From Rhynchopus sp. YZ270_cl-10 (taxonomy: Eukaryota), in contig OZ037842.1 in NCBI GenBank assembly GCA_964035575.1, forward strand, positions 1,674,001 through 1,738,000: a stretch of 64,000 nucleotides of DNA, read 5' to 3'. The notes below the pieces were generated by a model. The model was not told the origin of the DNA. It saw only the letters and a program-made list of their open reading frames with translations, and ran no database searches. Positions 36,030-48,742 of this stretch are shown in pieces. The translations under genes were made by a program, and so were the position numbers. The number at the start of each line of letters is the position of its first letter. Positions within the stretch are counted from its first letter, which is position 1.

Positions 36030-38056
36030 ATAACACCCACGTTACTAATACCCATTTACGATAATACCCACTGGGTATTATCGTAAACTTTTTGGGTATT
36101 ATCGTAAACTTTTTGGGTATTAGTTTTGGGTATTATCGTAAACTTTTTGGGTATTATCGTAAACTTTTTGGGTATTACCCAGGTTGGGTAGTACCCAGGT
36201 ACCCAGGTACCCAGGTACCCAGGTACCCAGGTACCCAGGTACCCAGGTACCCAGGTACCCAGGTACCCAGGTACCCAGGTACCCAGGTACCCAGGTACCC
36301 AGGTACCCAGGTACCCAGGTACCCAGGTACCCAGGTACCCAGGTACCCAGGTACCCAGGTACACGGTACACTGGTGTACAAGGAAAAAAGTCGTGAAAGA
36401 GCAACCACAGCTCCACATGACAAACACAAAAGTGTCCAATCACGTGGGGCATTCATGCACTGAGGAGATAATGTTCCAACAATTTACAAGAAAGATTACT
36501 TAACCTACTGCTGGAAATTGCCAGGTCGTAGTAACACACAAAGTGTGCCTCCGTTCGGGAAGACCGGATATTCTAGAGACCAAAAAGGCCTCAAGAATAT
36601 CTTCCGGTAGTCAAGGTAGAACCGAGTGAACGGCCCAAGACCCCCGTGGAGAAGTTAAATGTTGTAATGCTATCAAGTACAAACTGCGACCACTGTCTTA
36701 CCCTCCTCAATGCATGGTGGAAGATGTCTTTGACAACAAATATCCTGTACCCAGGTACCCATATTCCCAGACCCACGCAGCACTACGTCGCAGTACTACG
36801 CAAAATTTACCACCAGACCCTGTCTTCGTGCACCTGAAGTACAACGCCGCAGACAGGCCAAACATGCGTTGGACTCAGAGGAATGCCCGCTGTGCAGGTA
36901 TCAATGAGAACCAACTCCCAGCAACAAGGGGCGCCTTTTGGCGGGCGTTGTTGAGGGTGTTTGGGGTGCAAAGTTTTCCACAATTTTGATGCGCGGGTAC
37001 AGAAGTGTTGTCTTGTTCTTTCATCTCTAGGAATGTAAATGTCAATCGCGTTTAACTACCACTAGGGCTTGTTCAGTGAACCCACAAGGGGTCGAAGGGG
37101 GTTGGTTATCCCATATCTATCAAAGGTTGTGTCGACCAGGCGAAACCACTATGTTACGCTGTACGTTGTTAAATCCGAAGAAATAACACTTTAGCAGCCG
37201 CAGGAAGTTTGCTAAAAAGAGTGCCTCACGCTACACAAACCACCACCCGCGATTGACTTAGATGTTATAACAAAGAGAATTCAGAACAAAACAACACCCT
37301 GCCCCATACACACTAAATTGTCATGCTTTAAGAGCATGCCTGGGCCAAAATTACTATGACGAAAAGGCAACAAGACCACCCACAAGGAGTGTGAAATGTG
37401 CACTGGTTTTCTGGGGGAACGCAATATTTTCTTGTGTCTAGTCCTCCGCGAGCAGAGGACAGACTTTCCGGAAGGTTGCCAAAGTCGAATTTCTTGCACT
37501 AGCTATGCTCCCTGGGTTAATGGCTATAGCAGTGACTGACTAAATGTTCCCACCCAGGTCTTCGTATGTTGAGGTGTAGAATGTCGGAGACGGAGAAGCG
37601 CAATCGCTGATGCAGTTCAGATTTCGCGATCCTGTGATGAGTGTAAATGTGGGTGTAATTAAGTTATGTCGCTTGGAGAAAGATTAATTGTTAATTGTCA
37701 AGAAAAATGGTTACCCTGAATTTGAGGATGTAAGACAGGGATGCAAAAAGTTGTGTAAAAAAAACCCCCCCCCCATATATTTAGTGAAAATTGTATTTTC
37801 TCTGGGGTCGATGAAACCATACCTTGTCTGCACATTCACCAGCGTGCGAGCGCCTCTGATACCTTGCGCGAGTAGCCAGCTAAATCACATCGTACCTGGG
37901 TACCTGGGTAATACCCAAAAAGTTTACGATAATACCCAAAACTAATACCCAAATAGTTTACGATAATACCCAAAAACTTTACGATAATACCCAAAAAGTT
38001 TACGATAATACCCAGTGGGTATTATCGTAAATGGGTATTAGTAACGTGGGTGTTAT
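36030..38056. mobile_element. 2.0-kb non-autonomous foldback-like TIR element
   Basis: ~160-bp TIRs starting ATAACACCCACGTTACTAATACCC, built of 21-nt TTTTTGGGTATTATCGTAAAC repeats. Confidence 0.9.
36192..36362 (+). repeat. (GGTACCCA)n octamer satellite
   Basis: About 21 perfect copies. Confidence 0.97.
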
Positions 38057-38339
38057 AGTCATTTTCCCTGTAAAGTACTACTTACACATGGTACAAAATA
38101 TTTATGTCACTGTGCATTTTCGCGCAAAACGGCGTGAAATCAGTCCAATCTGACGCTAACTTAGGGGCAGATAAGCTCAATATATTTTGGGCGAGGGGGT
38201 TTATGCACGAACAGCAATAGATAACAAAGATTCACTCGAAAATTACATCCAAACAGATCCTCTATTCCTGTTATTTTTGCTACCCTTTTTTTTTGTGCCT
38301 TTAGCACCGTTTTCGTCTTCGTCGTTCGTTTTTTACACT

Positions 38340-38826
38340 ATGGGAAACCGCCACCCCCGTCGCCACCATGACCACCACCACGGACCGCACCACCACCACC
38401 ACCATGGACATGGTCCAGCTGTCGTGATTGTTCCCGGTATGTCACACATTACAGTATTTGTGGATGGGCTCAACCCCCTTCTTTGACCCCGAGAATAGAC
38501 AGACTCTGAGAATGTAACACTTTTCAACATTTTTTTTTTTGCCCCTACCCACTGACAAGAACAACGCCATCCTCTCTGACTTATAAGGCAAGGGGTCATC
38601 ATAAAAGCCCCGTGTACAATATTGCCAAGTAACAATAATGGATTCACACACTCACACAGGTCACCCGCACCACCACCCTCATGGACCGCACCACGGGCCT
38701 CACCATGGCCATGGACCACACGGACACGTTCATCATGGAGTGGTAGTCGGCGCACACCACGGACACCACGGTCACCATGGTCACCACGGTGGACACGGAC
38801 ATCACGGAGGTCACCATCACCACTAA
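38340..38826 (+). CDS. Small His/Gly-rich protein (87 aa); exons 38340-38436, 38660-38826
   Basis: ATG and a GTATGT..CACACAG intron in phase; codons vary (CAC/CAT), so not a pure microsatellite. Confidence 0.78.
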
Positions 38827-39634
38827 GCAGGACAGTGTGCGGAGTGACCCTCGAAAACGTGGTGAGAACGATGCTTGAGAACTGATGCTTGCTTGTCAAG
38901 TACCTTTTGTTTATACACTGTAATCTGAAAAATAAAATGCAGATCAGGGCAATGCTGCCCTCTTCTGCTTGGCCCCCGCTTTTGGCCCGCGCTCGAGGGG
39001 AACTTCGAGCCACAGAACATATCCTTTGCTTTTCCTTGCTGTTGATACAACGGTTGTTCACAACTGTTTTTTTCTCCCCTTTTATGCTTATTTTGATTCT
39101 CTACAATTGGTTCACACACGAAGTTCCGTTAGTATTTCTACCCACACTCTTGGAACGAAGTGTGCCATGCTGCAAGCAGCTAACCGTCCAGAGGAAACTT
39201 CTTGGCGGATAAGTGTCTTTGACAAAAAAACAACAAAGTATTTTTGTTGAGACACAACAAAAAACAAACAATGTTTCTCTCAATGCCCTTGTTTCGTCTT
39301 GTCCACTTTGGTTATTTTTTTTTTTGTTCTCTTTTTCTTTCTTCCTTTGCTTTTCACTTTTTTAGCAAAAAAAGCAAATGGCCAAAAAAAGTTTTGGGCG
39401 TAGGTACACACCTACTTCCCATTTCTTTTTTTCCCATTTCCTTTTTTTCTTTACAAAAAGAGCAACAAAAAGAGAAACACAAAAGCTACACTTTCTTCCC
39501 TGCTCAACACACACCACCTATTGGGCAATGTCCTGCTCTTAGTAGCTAGCCGCAACTACTTTCAATACACCCTATCTCCCTCTCCAGCTATATATTAACC
39601 CTACCTTTTCCTCCACACTCTCTCTCTTTCAACT

Positions 39635-40257
39635 ATGGGACCCAAGGCCTGGAACCACCCGCACGGACACCACCACCACCACCACCACGGACCCGGTGTC
39701 GTCGCCAGGACGGTCAACGCTGTCGCGCACGCTCTTGACCCCCACCCGCACCACCACCACCACCCCCCGGCACAGAGTATGTTTACGATAGTGTTTAAAC
39801 CGTGGTCCTTTTTGGTATATTGTCGAGAGTTGTTTTTCAAGTGAATTTTGGAGAGTTTTTTTTTTCTCGATAATCCGAGGGGGGGTTTTTTTTTAACTTT
39901 TGATGAATTTGTTTTAACTTTTGTTCATATTCCCTCACTGCAGAGACTGTTATTGTGGAGAAGACCGTCATTGTCAACCAGCCGCCAGCAGCAGCACCAG
40001 TCCCAGCGGCAGTCCCAGCGGGATATCCACAGCCAGCAGCGGCAGCAGTGCCGGCAGGTTACCCACAGCCAGCAGCAGCAGCAGTGCCGGCAGGCTACCC
40101 TCAGCCTGTTGCGGCTCCCGTGACCTATGTTCAGCCACCACCGGCAGCAGCACCAACGGTCGTGGTGGTGGAAGCAGGAAGACCCGGCCACCATCACCAC
40201 CACCACCACCACCACCCACACCGTGGGTGCCACAAGGGACCCCACGGAAGATGGTAA
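39635..40257 (+). CDS. His-rich / PAGYPQP-repeat protein (151 aa); exons 39635-39776, 39944-40257
   Basis: In-phase GTATGT..TGCAG intron; poly-His at both ends; AVPAGYPQP x3. Confidence 0.78.
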
Positions 40258-41037
40258 GTGGTGATTCAGATCCCAAGAGAGAAAAAAAAAATATTTTGTT
40301 TGTTTTGGATGTGTTTGACATTCACCTTTCCCTTTTTTTTTTTTTGAAGCAGCAGTGGCCTTCAGTTTGCTCTCAGGGTGTCAGCGGAACAGAAAAGAAC
40401 TGTTGACAAACCCTATGTAGCATACTGCAGCCGCAACAACCCACCGAACTCAAAACTCTTTTCCTTACACGGTGCGGTCTGTCGTGCTTGGAGTGTGTAA
40501 ATAACGGACTTACCCCCTGAGTCCGACAGTCGGACCCCCTGAGTCCGACAGACGGACTCAGGGGTCCGTCTGTCGGACTCTGGAGTCCGACAGACGGACT
40601 CTGGAGTCCGACTGTCGGACTCTGGGGTCCGACAGTCGGACCCAAAAAAAAAATTTTTTTTTTTTTTGGGCCGAAAAAAAAATTTTTTTTTTGGCCAAAA
40701 AAATTTTTTTGGCCGAAAATCGCCTTGTATAGCCACTACAGTACACATGGTTTTACCAAAATAGCCGTATTTTGGCTGAAAATTTGACTTGAAAATTTTT
40801 TTCATTGTTTGGTCAATCTGAGGTTTTCTTTGAATTTTTTGGGCCATTTTATGACCTACTACACCCAATTTTTGGGGGATTTTTTTTTTCTTGGTCAAAA
40901 AATAGCGCTTGTTGCCTACTACTGGGTATAGGCTTGTTCAGAGGTGTGTATTTGGTGTACCCAGACATGGTCAAAACACATGAATTTTGCGTTTTTTTGC
41001 ATTTTTAGGTTCTCGACCAACCAGGGGGCGACCAATT

Positions 41038-41527
41038 TGGGTACTGGGTACTGGGTACTGGGTACTGGGTACTGGGTACTGGGTACTGGGTACTGGGTAC
41101 TGGGTACTGGGTACTGGGTACTGGGTACTGGGTACTGGGTACTGGGTACTGGGTACTGGGTACTGGGTACTGGGTACTGGGTACTGGGTACTGGGTACTG
41201 GGTACTGGGTACTGGGTACTGGGTACTGGGTACTGGGTACTGGGTACTGGGTACTGGGTACTGGGTACTGGGTACTGGGTACTGGGTACTGGGTACTGGG
41301 TACTGGGTACTGGGTACTGGGTACTGGGTACTGGGTACTGGGTACTGGGTACTGGGTACTGGGTACTGGGTACTGGGTACTGGGTACTGGGTACTGGGTA
41401 CTGGGTACTGGGTACTGGGTACTGGGTACTGGGTACTGGGTACTGGGTACTGGGTACTGGGTACTGGGTACTGGGTACTGGGTACTGGGTACTGGGTACT
41501 GGGTACTGGGTACTGGGTACTGGGTAC
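41038..41527 (+). repeat. (GGGTACT)n heptamer satellite
   Basis: About 70 perfect copies. Confidence 0.98.
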
Positions 41528-41936
41528 CAAGAGAAGGCAGCTTGACAGCAGCGAAGGCGGAGGCTACGGGGAAGACAAGGTATGTAAATGTTTAACTTTC
41601 AGTTACTTGTGTAGATGCAAACAACACACCCAGTGGTTTGCAGCATTTTATTTTCTTGTGTGCTTTCTCTTCTTTGAATCGAAAGTATGTGAACCTTATT
41701 ACATCATGATACAATGCAACGAGGCCGAAACAGCCTCACTAAGGCCTCTGAAAATAAATGTTCAGACTTGGCACTTACTTATGTTTAGGTGCGCCTCAAC
41801 CACACGCTTGAATATATTTAATTTGCCACACCTCAGATAGATTTTCCAGATATGCCTATGTTCAGGTGTTCCAGGCCTCGTCACAAATAGACAAAAAAAC
41901 AAAAGCCAAAACAACAGAGAGAGAGCCAACAATTTT

Positions 41937-43923
41937 TTATCTCACTTGTGTAATAATGTTTAGCCGCGTTTTCGAAATTCCTTCCTGGAGATTACACAAA
42001 ATACAGTAGACATTATCTCCGCACACAAAGAACAAAACAAAACCCATGCCGAGAGTAGGCGCAAAAGCAATGTGGAGGAGATCTGCGCATGCAACCAAAA
42101 GGGTTGCAGTCATAGGACTTCGAGGAACTGTTCACCATACCCAACCTTGACGCCCCGTACTAGGTGGTCATACATCATTTGTCAAATATACTGTAGGAAT
42201 TTCGAAAACGCAGCACAACATTATTGCCCGTGAGATAATAACTATTTATTCGAGTGAAATAAGAACTATTTTATTTCACGCGCCACTAAAAAGGTGCCCG
42301 AGTGCGTTATTTCCCGAGCGAAGCGAGGGGAATAAGAGTGAGAGAGTCACGAGGGTGCCTTTTTAGTGGCAAGTGCAAGAAAATGTTCTTATTTCACTCA
42401 ATATGTAATTTTATTCCACAAGTGAAAAACGTATTTATAGGTGTAAACAGTGGAACGTTGAGCCCACGCTCCACCCCTCACACCACCACACTTCAAATTA
42501 CAGATTATTTATTGCCTCTTACACACATGCCTAAACCCACGCGCAAGTTTGCGGAGATGGAGGATGCATATGACAACTTGTTCGACGACATGAACAGTGG
42601 TGTGCAGTACAGGAAAACATGGGACGATTTCCTCCGTTTCAACAGACTTTCAGGAGCGAACGAGCCCAGGGAAGAACACGTCGTGTCCTTCAGATCACTC
42701 CGTGATCTTTTATTTCACTCCCCCACCCAATCCTTCACGATTTGCGTGAAATAAAACGTGAAATAAAACGAATCTTATTTCACTCACTTTTTCACCTGTT
42801 TACGTTTTTCACGCGTGGTATAAAATTACGTATCGAAAACTAAAGTGAACATTATTTAACTGATGGGTGATTCACAAACTGGAATACGTGATACCCACTC
42901 GCTATCGCTCGTGACATCACTTTTATGATTACACTCACTTCACTCATGAAATCAAAATGCTGAACTCCACTCGCTTCGTGAAGTTGAGCCCCAGTTTGAG
43001 TCACCCACCACCTCGTGAAATAATGTTCACTTTATTTCATGAGATAATAATTATCTAACTCAGTGAAATAAAACTCGTGTAATTTTGCAGATTATATGCC
43101 CTTTGTGTCACTCAATTGTAACCGAGAATGTAAGGCAGTGAGTATTTGATCTGCCCTTTATGTCGCGAAATACTATGTTTGGTGTTTTGACGTCTTCCAA
43201 GCAGATGGATATTCCCTCACTTGCACGCAATCTACCGAGGAACCGACTGCCTTTCTCAAAAGCCAGTACATGTCGGGGTGTCGAGGTCCGTGTCAATACA
43301 AAGCGGACCAAGTCGCTCGAGGTTTGAAAACCGCAAGAACTCGTCCCATTTCTTCTTGTACACCTCCTTGCTTCTCATACCCGCTGAGACTTGGTATCCG
43401 TAAGTGTCATACATCCTGTCCTTCTTCGTTTTGGCAGTGTTTGAGGGGAGTGATGAAAAAGTTCTTTTTTTTACTGAGTGATTTTTTTAACCAAAAGAAA
43501 ACCGACGCAGGAGCTTTTCTGGAACTGTTTTATTCTCCCCACCCCAACAACATCACATTTCAGAAAAACATTGTTTTTTCGTTTTTGTTCACTTTCTTTT
43601 CTTCTCCCTCACACCTGTTTGCTGTGAATTAAATTTTTTCGTTTCGGCCTGGTCGCAAACGCGAGTTTTCCTGGAAGCGCAGGAAAAATGACTGGGGAGT
43701 GTTGGTGGCTCCGTGACGCCACAGAGCCGGCACACTCGTTGAGTGCCTCACAAAACCTCAAATTTATTCCGCTTTGATTTCATTTATTGTCTTCACGCTT
43801 TATCGTTGTTGTTGGGTTGGGAAATAATATTTCATTCTCCCATACATTCTCGGTTACAATTGAGTGACAAAGGGCACATTATCACCCACCTTTGTGGGAA
43901 TTCACAAAATTACACGAGTTTTA
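41937..43923. mobile_element. Nested array of inverted-repeat modules with tyrosine-recombinase-like N-terminal fragments (Crypton-like, tentative)
   Basis: Peptides SGVQYRKTWDDFLRF (+, 42528-42700) and SKEVYKKKWDEFLRF (-, ~43380-43325); direct repeats GAGATAATAA..AGTGAAATAA at ~42232 and ~43041; several IR pairs. Confidence 0.5.
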
Positions 43924-43992
43924 TCCCCTTTTTTTACCACATTAACCTCACCTTTCCCGATAACTGCGTTTCTACACCATACATTTCATTCA

Positions 43993-45377
43993 TTAATCAC
44001 ACTCCACATTTACACTCATCACAGGATCGTGAAATCTGAACTGCATCTGCGATTGTGATGAGAAGCCTCGCCGCGTCTCCGACATTCAGCAACTCAAAAT
44101 CCAAAGAGTATCACCCGCATCAATCCATTCTGAGTTTGCGGACTAAGATCTGGGGTGGAAGGGGGATGGGTACACTTTGTCAGTCACTGCTATTGCCATT
44201 TAACCCAGGGAGCATAGCTAGTGCAAGAAATTCGACTTTGGAAACCTTCCGGAAAGTCTGTCCTCTGCTTGCGGAGGACGAGGCACAAGAAAATATTGCG
44301 TTCCCCCAGAAAACCAGTGCACATTTCACACTCCTTGTGGGTGGTCTTGTTGCCTTTTTGTCACAGTAATTTTGGCCCAGGCATGCTCTTGAAGCATGAC
44401 AATTTAGTGTGTATGGGGCAGGGTGTTGTTTTGTTCTGAATTCTCTTTGTTATAACATCTAAGTCAATCGCGGGTGGTGGTTTGTGTAGCGTGAGGCACT
44501 CTTTTTAACAAACTTCCTGCGGCTGCTAAAGCGTTATTTCTTCGGATTTAACAACGTACAGCGTAACATAGTGGATTCGCCTGGTCGACACAACCTTTGA
44601 TAGATATGGGATAACCAACCCCCTTCGACCCCTCGTGGGTTCACTGAACAAGCCCTCGTGGTAGTTAAACGCGATTGACATTTACATTCCTAGAGATGAA
44701 AGAACAAGACAACACTTCTGTACCCGCGCATCAAAATTGTGGAAAACTTTGCACCCCAAACACCCTCAACAACGCCCGCCAAAAGGCGCCCCTTGTTGCT
44801 GGGAGTTGGTTCTCATGTTTGATACCTGCACAGCGGGCATTCCTCTGAGTCCAACGCATGTTTGGCCTGTCTGCGGCGTTGTACTTCAGGTGCACGAAGA
44901 CAGGGTCTGGTGGTAAATTTTGCGTAGTGTCGCATTCCCTCATGTGTGGGTCACTCACACTTGGCGGTCATGTGCCACTGCGTGGGTCTGGGAATTTGGG
45001 TACCTGGGTACAGGAAATTTGTTGTGGAAGACATCAACCACCATGCATTGAGGAGGGTAAGACAGTGTTCGCAGTTTCTACCTGATAGCATTACAACATT
45101 TAACTTCTCCACGGGGGTCTTGGGCCGTTCACTCGGTTCTACCTTGACTACCGGAAGATATTCTTGAGGCCTTTCTGGTCTCTAGAATATCCGGTCTTCC
45201 CGAACGGAGGCACACTTTGTGTGTTACTACGACCTGGCAATTTCCAGCAGTAGGTTAAGTAATCTTTCTTGTAAATTGTTGGATCATTATCTCCTCAGTG
45301 CATGAATGCCCCACGTGACTGGACACTTTTGTGTTTGTCATGTGGAGCTGTGGTTGCTCTTTCACGACTTTTTTCCT
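43993..45377 (-). repeat. Inverted copy of 36381-37662 (shared ~1.3-kb cargo)
   Basis: Long collinear match with scattered substitutions and indels; mirrored ORFs in the track (e.g. MQEIRLW.PSGKSVLC). Confidence 0.95.
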
Positions 45378-45404
45378 GTTCCTGGGTACCTGTTCCTGGA
45401 CCTG

Positions 45405-45573
45405 GACCTGGGTACCTGGGTACCTGGGTACCTGGGTACCTGGGTACCTGGGTACCTGGGTACCTGGGTACCTGGGTACCTGGGTACCTGGGTACCTGGG
45501 TACCTGGGTACCTGGGTACCTGGGTACCTGGGTACCTGGGCACCTGGGTACCTGGGCACCTGGGCACCTGGGT
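45405..45573 (-). repeat. (CCTGGGTA)n satellite, reverse complement of the 36192 array
   Basis: Tandem octamers with a few GGGCACCT variants. Confidence 0.95.
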
Positions 45574-47589
45574 GTGCCTGTCGGACCCCAGGGTCCGGCA
45601 GTCGGACTCAGGGGTCCGACTGTGAGTCCGACAGTCGGACCCCTGAGTCCGACTGTCGGACTCAGGGGGTCCGACTGTCGGACCCCCTCGGACTCCGACA
45701 AAAGGGTCCGACATTTCCAGGACAGACTGCACCGTGTACCCAAAAAAAAAAAAAATGGGCTTTTTTATATATCGTCTGTTGACTTCAAAGTCCACAGCAT
45801 TGGTGATACCAATACTCAATTTTTTTTGTTTCAAAAAACTGGGCGCGTAACTCTTGTGCACTAAAAGTTTTTTTTTTCTTTCAAGATTTTTATTTTTCAA
45901 AGTAGAACCCCTACTGCCCCCCCCCGCCCTCATCTCAGGGAAAGTCACCTTCTAGATGATCTGAATGCCAAAAGTATTCGGATTTTTTTTTGTTCCTCTT
46001 TTTCTAGTTTTTGTTGTGCTTTCTGAGACAGTGGCGCTCTAACATTATTATTACAACATCTTTGTTTTAACGATACCAATTGCGAAATATCGTGTGTCTT
46101 CCTCCTCTCCCATGTGAGGAGGGCGGCTACGCTTATCTGACACGCTTTTGATCTGGTTTTCTGCCTTTTTTTCTCTCTTTCGGTTTGCTCTGCTTCGCGT
46201 CACAAAGCTTCTTCGCTCTATCTGACAGCAAACAAAAAACACAAAAAAATAATAATAGCCACCTCAGACATAAAATTAACAAAAAAAAAATATGAGGAAT
46301 GAAAAGATCTGGGAGGAAAATGAGGGTGGGATTTTTCCCCCACAAAAAGTATCGAGTGCAAAAAGAGCTTTTTTTTTTTTTTCCTTTTTGAAAAAAAATA
46401 CCATGTGCAATGATAATTCTTGGAATTGTTAAAAAAAATGAATCGTGTTGTGTGTTGTTTTTAGGGCAGCAAAACTTTTTTCTTTTCTTTTTTAGAAAAG
46501 TTTTTTATTTTTTTGGCACCAAGAACAGAATGGGTATAGAAGTCATTGATTCAAAAATCAGGGGTTGAAAAACGAGAACAAGGTGATGCAGGTTGGGTCT
46601 TTTCATTTTCATTTTTCTTCGCTGAAACCGAATATTTTTTCTTTTGTTCCGCTACACAAACATTCATATCATAAGGGAACGACGATGGGTCGCATTACAC
46701 CCTCTCCTTGCCTTCTTTCTATGTATGAACATTTGTTGATAGTGGTCCCGCTAATGGATAACCCCCCTGCATTTTGTACTCTTCACCTGTGTTCTGTCCC
46801 TATTTGAGCCTCCTTCTGTTTCATTTCAGTTTGGCGTTTTTTGTTACCCCAAAAAAACTTTTTTTTTTAAAGGTGAGTTGTTATCTGCTCATGTCACTGT
46901 CTACCCCATTTGAGGCGGCATGGTGACTCTATGTCCTGCTGACAAACTGTTTTTTTTTTCTTCACCTCATGTGGTGGATAGCCACGAAGAAAAACAGCAC
47001 GGATTTGGGAATTGCTGGGTCTTATTTTACTGCATTCCTGCGACATGGTGCACAGAACCTGTCGTCGTGAAATGCATGACCCCGTTTCCCCCACGTTTTA
47101 TGAAAGAAACAAGAGATGCCCCCACTTCAAACGGGTGTTTCATTTTTGTTTTGTTTTTTTGTTTTTGAACGGAACTTTGGAATATTGCAAGACCTACTGT
47201 ACCCCCTTCTCTGCTCCCTTACTTGTTTTTTTTTTATATGTTTCGAACCCACACAGAAACCACCCTCAATGCCAACACAAAAAGCAGCCTTGACTGATTC
47301 TGGATTGTGATTATGTTCTGTATACTGATTATGTTCGTCCGACGAACATTGACGAACCGTCCTTAGACCCAGGACGAACATCGACGAACTTTTGGTTCGT
47401 CGTGTGGGAGGGCCCTTATAAAAAGTGACACTTTTGGTTCGTCGACGAACCAAAAAGTTCGTCTGCACACTATGCTTAGGGGGCACGTAGCTACCTGAGT
47501 AAAATAATGATAATAAGCCTATTCGCCCCAAGTGGGTTCTATGCGATGGTCAACACAACAACACAAAAACCCCGTTGCATTTGATACAT

Positions 47590-48440
47590 TACAGGTCTCT
47601 ATTGAGAGAGGTGGTCTTAGGGGGGTGGGTGAACAATGTTGCGACGCACACGGCAAACGATGGGTATCTCAGTGTTTTGGAAGCAAGTATGTAGGATTTC
47701 TCTTTTGTTTCAGCTACTTTTTATCAGATGTAACCTCTCAACAAATATGCAATATTTCACAGGAATTATCCTTTCATGGTGTGTTCCGGGGTATGGGATT
47801 TTACACATCTTTACAACTCTTCACATACACGTTTGTGAAGATTTGTGAAGAGTTGTGATTTGAAATGAAATTAGTATTTTTCGATACCCCAGAACACACC
47901 ATTTCAAGATATTCCCCCGGTTTTGGACCCAAAGTCAAAGTGCTCTTTTGTTATAAGGAGAGATTGGTTTCTTACTATAAAAACCACGTTGATTTCAAAC
48001 ACACTACACACAGCGAGGCGTTGATCATTGGGGTGAAGGAGGTCCCATGGACATGAAGCGTAGAAGAGAATCCGAATCGAATTCGAGCACCAATATGGCA
48101 GTATGTGTACAACACTTTGTGACGAAGAAAAGGTCGCCTGTTTTGCTTTCTTCTTTTCCCTCTATAAAACGTTTTGTGAATTACAACACCTCCAATCCAC
48201 AGCTTGGTGAGTACTACAGTGTCCGGCCTATGACCTCAAAAGAGAGACATTTGTCGCGTGTGTGGGAGTCCGAAAGAGAACACAACATGAAGGTATGGCA
48301 ACGCTGCCCGGAAAAGCTTCTTAAAAATCTTTCTATAAACTTCTCGCCTTCACCACAGGTGCTTCGTGAGCCGTATTTTGTGATGGTGAAAAAATAGGAG
48401 TATCTCAGGGTGTTGGGCACGGGTACGGACTCTCCTCTGT
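47590..48440 (+). pseudogene. Possible degenerate multi-exon gene (exon-like blocks e.g. 48047-48100, 48203-48292, 48359-48397)
   Basis: Repeated GTATG donors and CACAG acceptors of the local style in one frame; early TAG; no recognisable domain. Confidence 0.3.
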
Positions 48441-48742
48441 ATGCACTTTCGTATTGTCATCGGCCAAATGTGCGAGAAAGCAGCAGGGGTTGTGTGTGGG
48501 GATATTCTCCCCGAACACCTTAGGGTGTGCTTCATTATTTGGGTTGGGGTTGGGGCGGGGGTGAGGTGTGCGGTCCACCTTGCTGTGGACGGCAGGGCCT
48601 TCAAAGTATTAACGAAAAACTGCGATATTCCTTCTCTTTGTCTGTTTCCCCGCCACCCCACCACTACCATCGCACCACAGTGCAGGGAGGCCCAACAGGG
48701 CTTTTTTTTGTGTGTAGGAAGTGTGTAGCAAAGAGAGAAACC

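Larger units (their letters stand above)
40468..45736. mobile_element. 5.3-kb composite TIR element with TA flanks and subterminal GAGTCCGACAGTCGGAC arrays
   Basis: TA-CACGGTGCGGTCTGTC ... GACAGACTGCACCGTG-TA; repeat arrays at ~40515-40642 and ~45578-45712. Confidence 0.85.

Noticed and set aside
36060..36180. CRISPR-like look of the 21-nt repeats (also the GAGTCCGAC arrays)
   Set aside because: No unique spacers, no cas genes, eukaryotic context; they are transposon subterminal repeats.
36056..36463. PGTQVPRY/GYLGTWVP ORFs (also 45255-45948)
   Set aside because: Octamer satellite translations.
40919..41840. Long ORFs VLGTGYW/VPSTQYP
   Set aside because: Translations of the GGGTACT satellite; open only because the unit lacks stops.
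47330..47475. GACGAAC repeat cluster ending in CTATG
   Set aside because: Probably a MITE remnant, but no matching left TIR or TSD could be defined.
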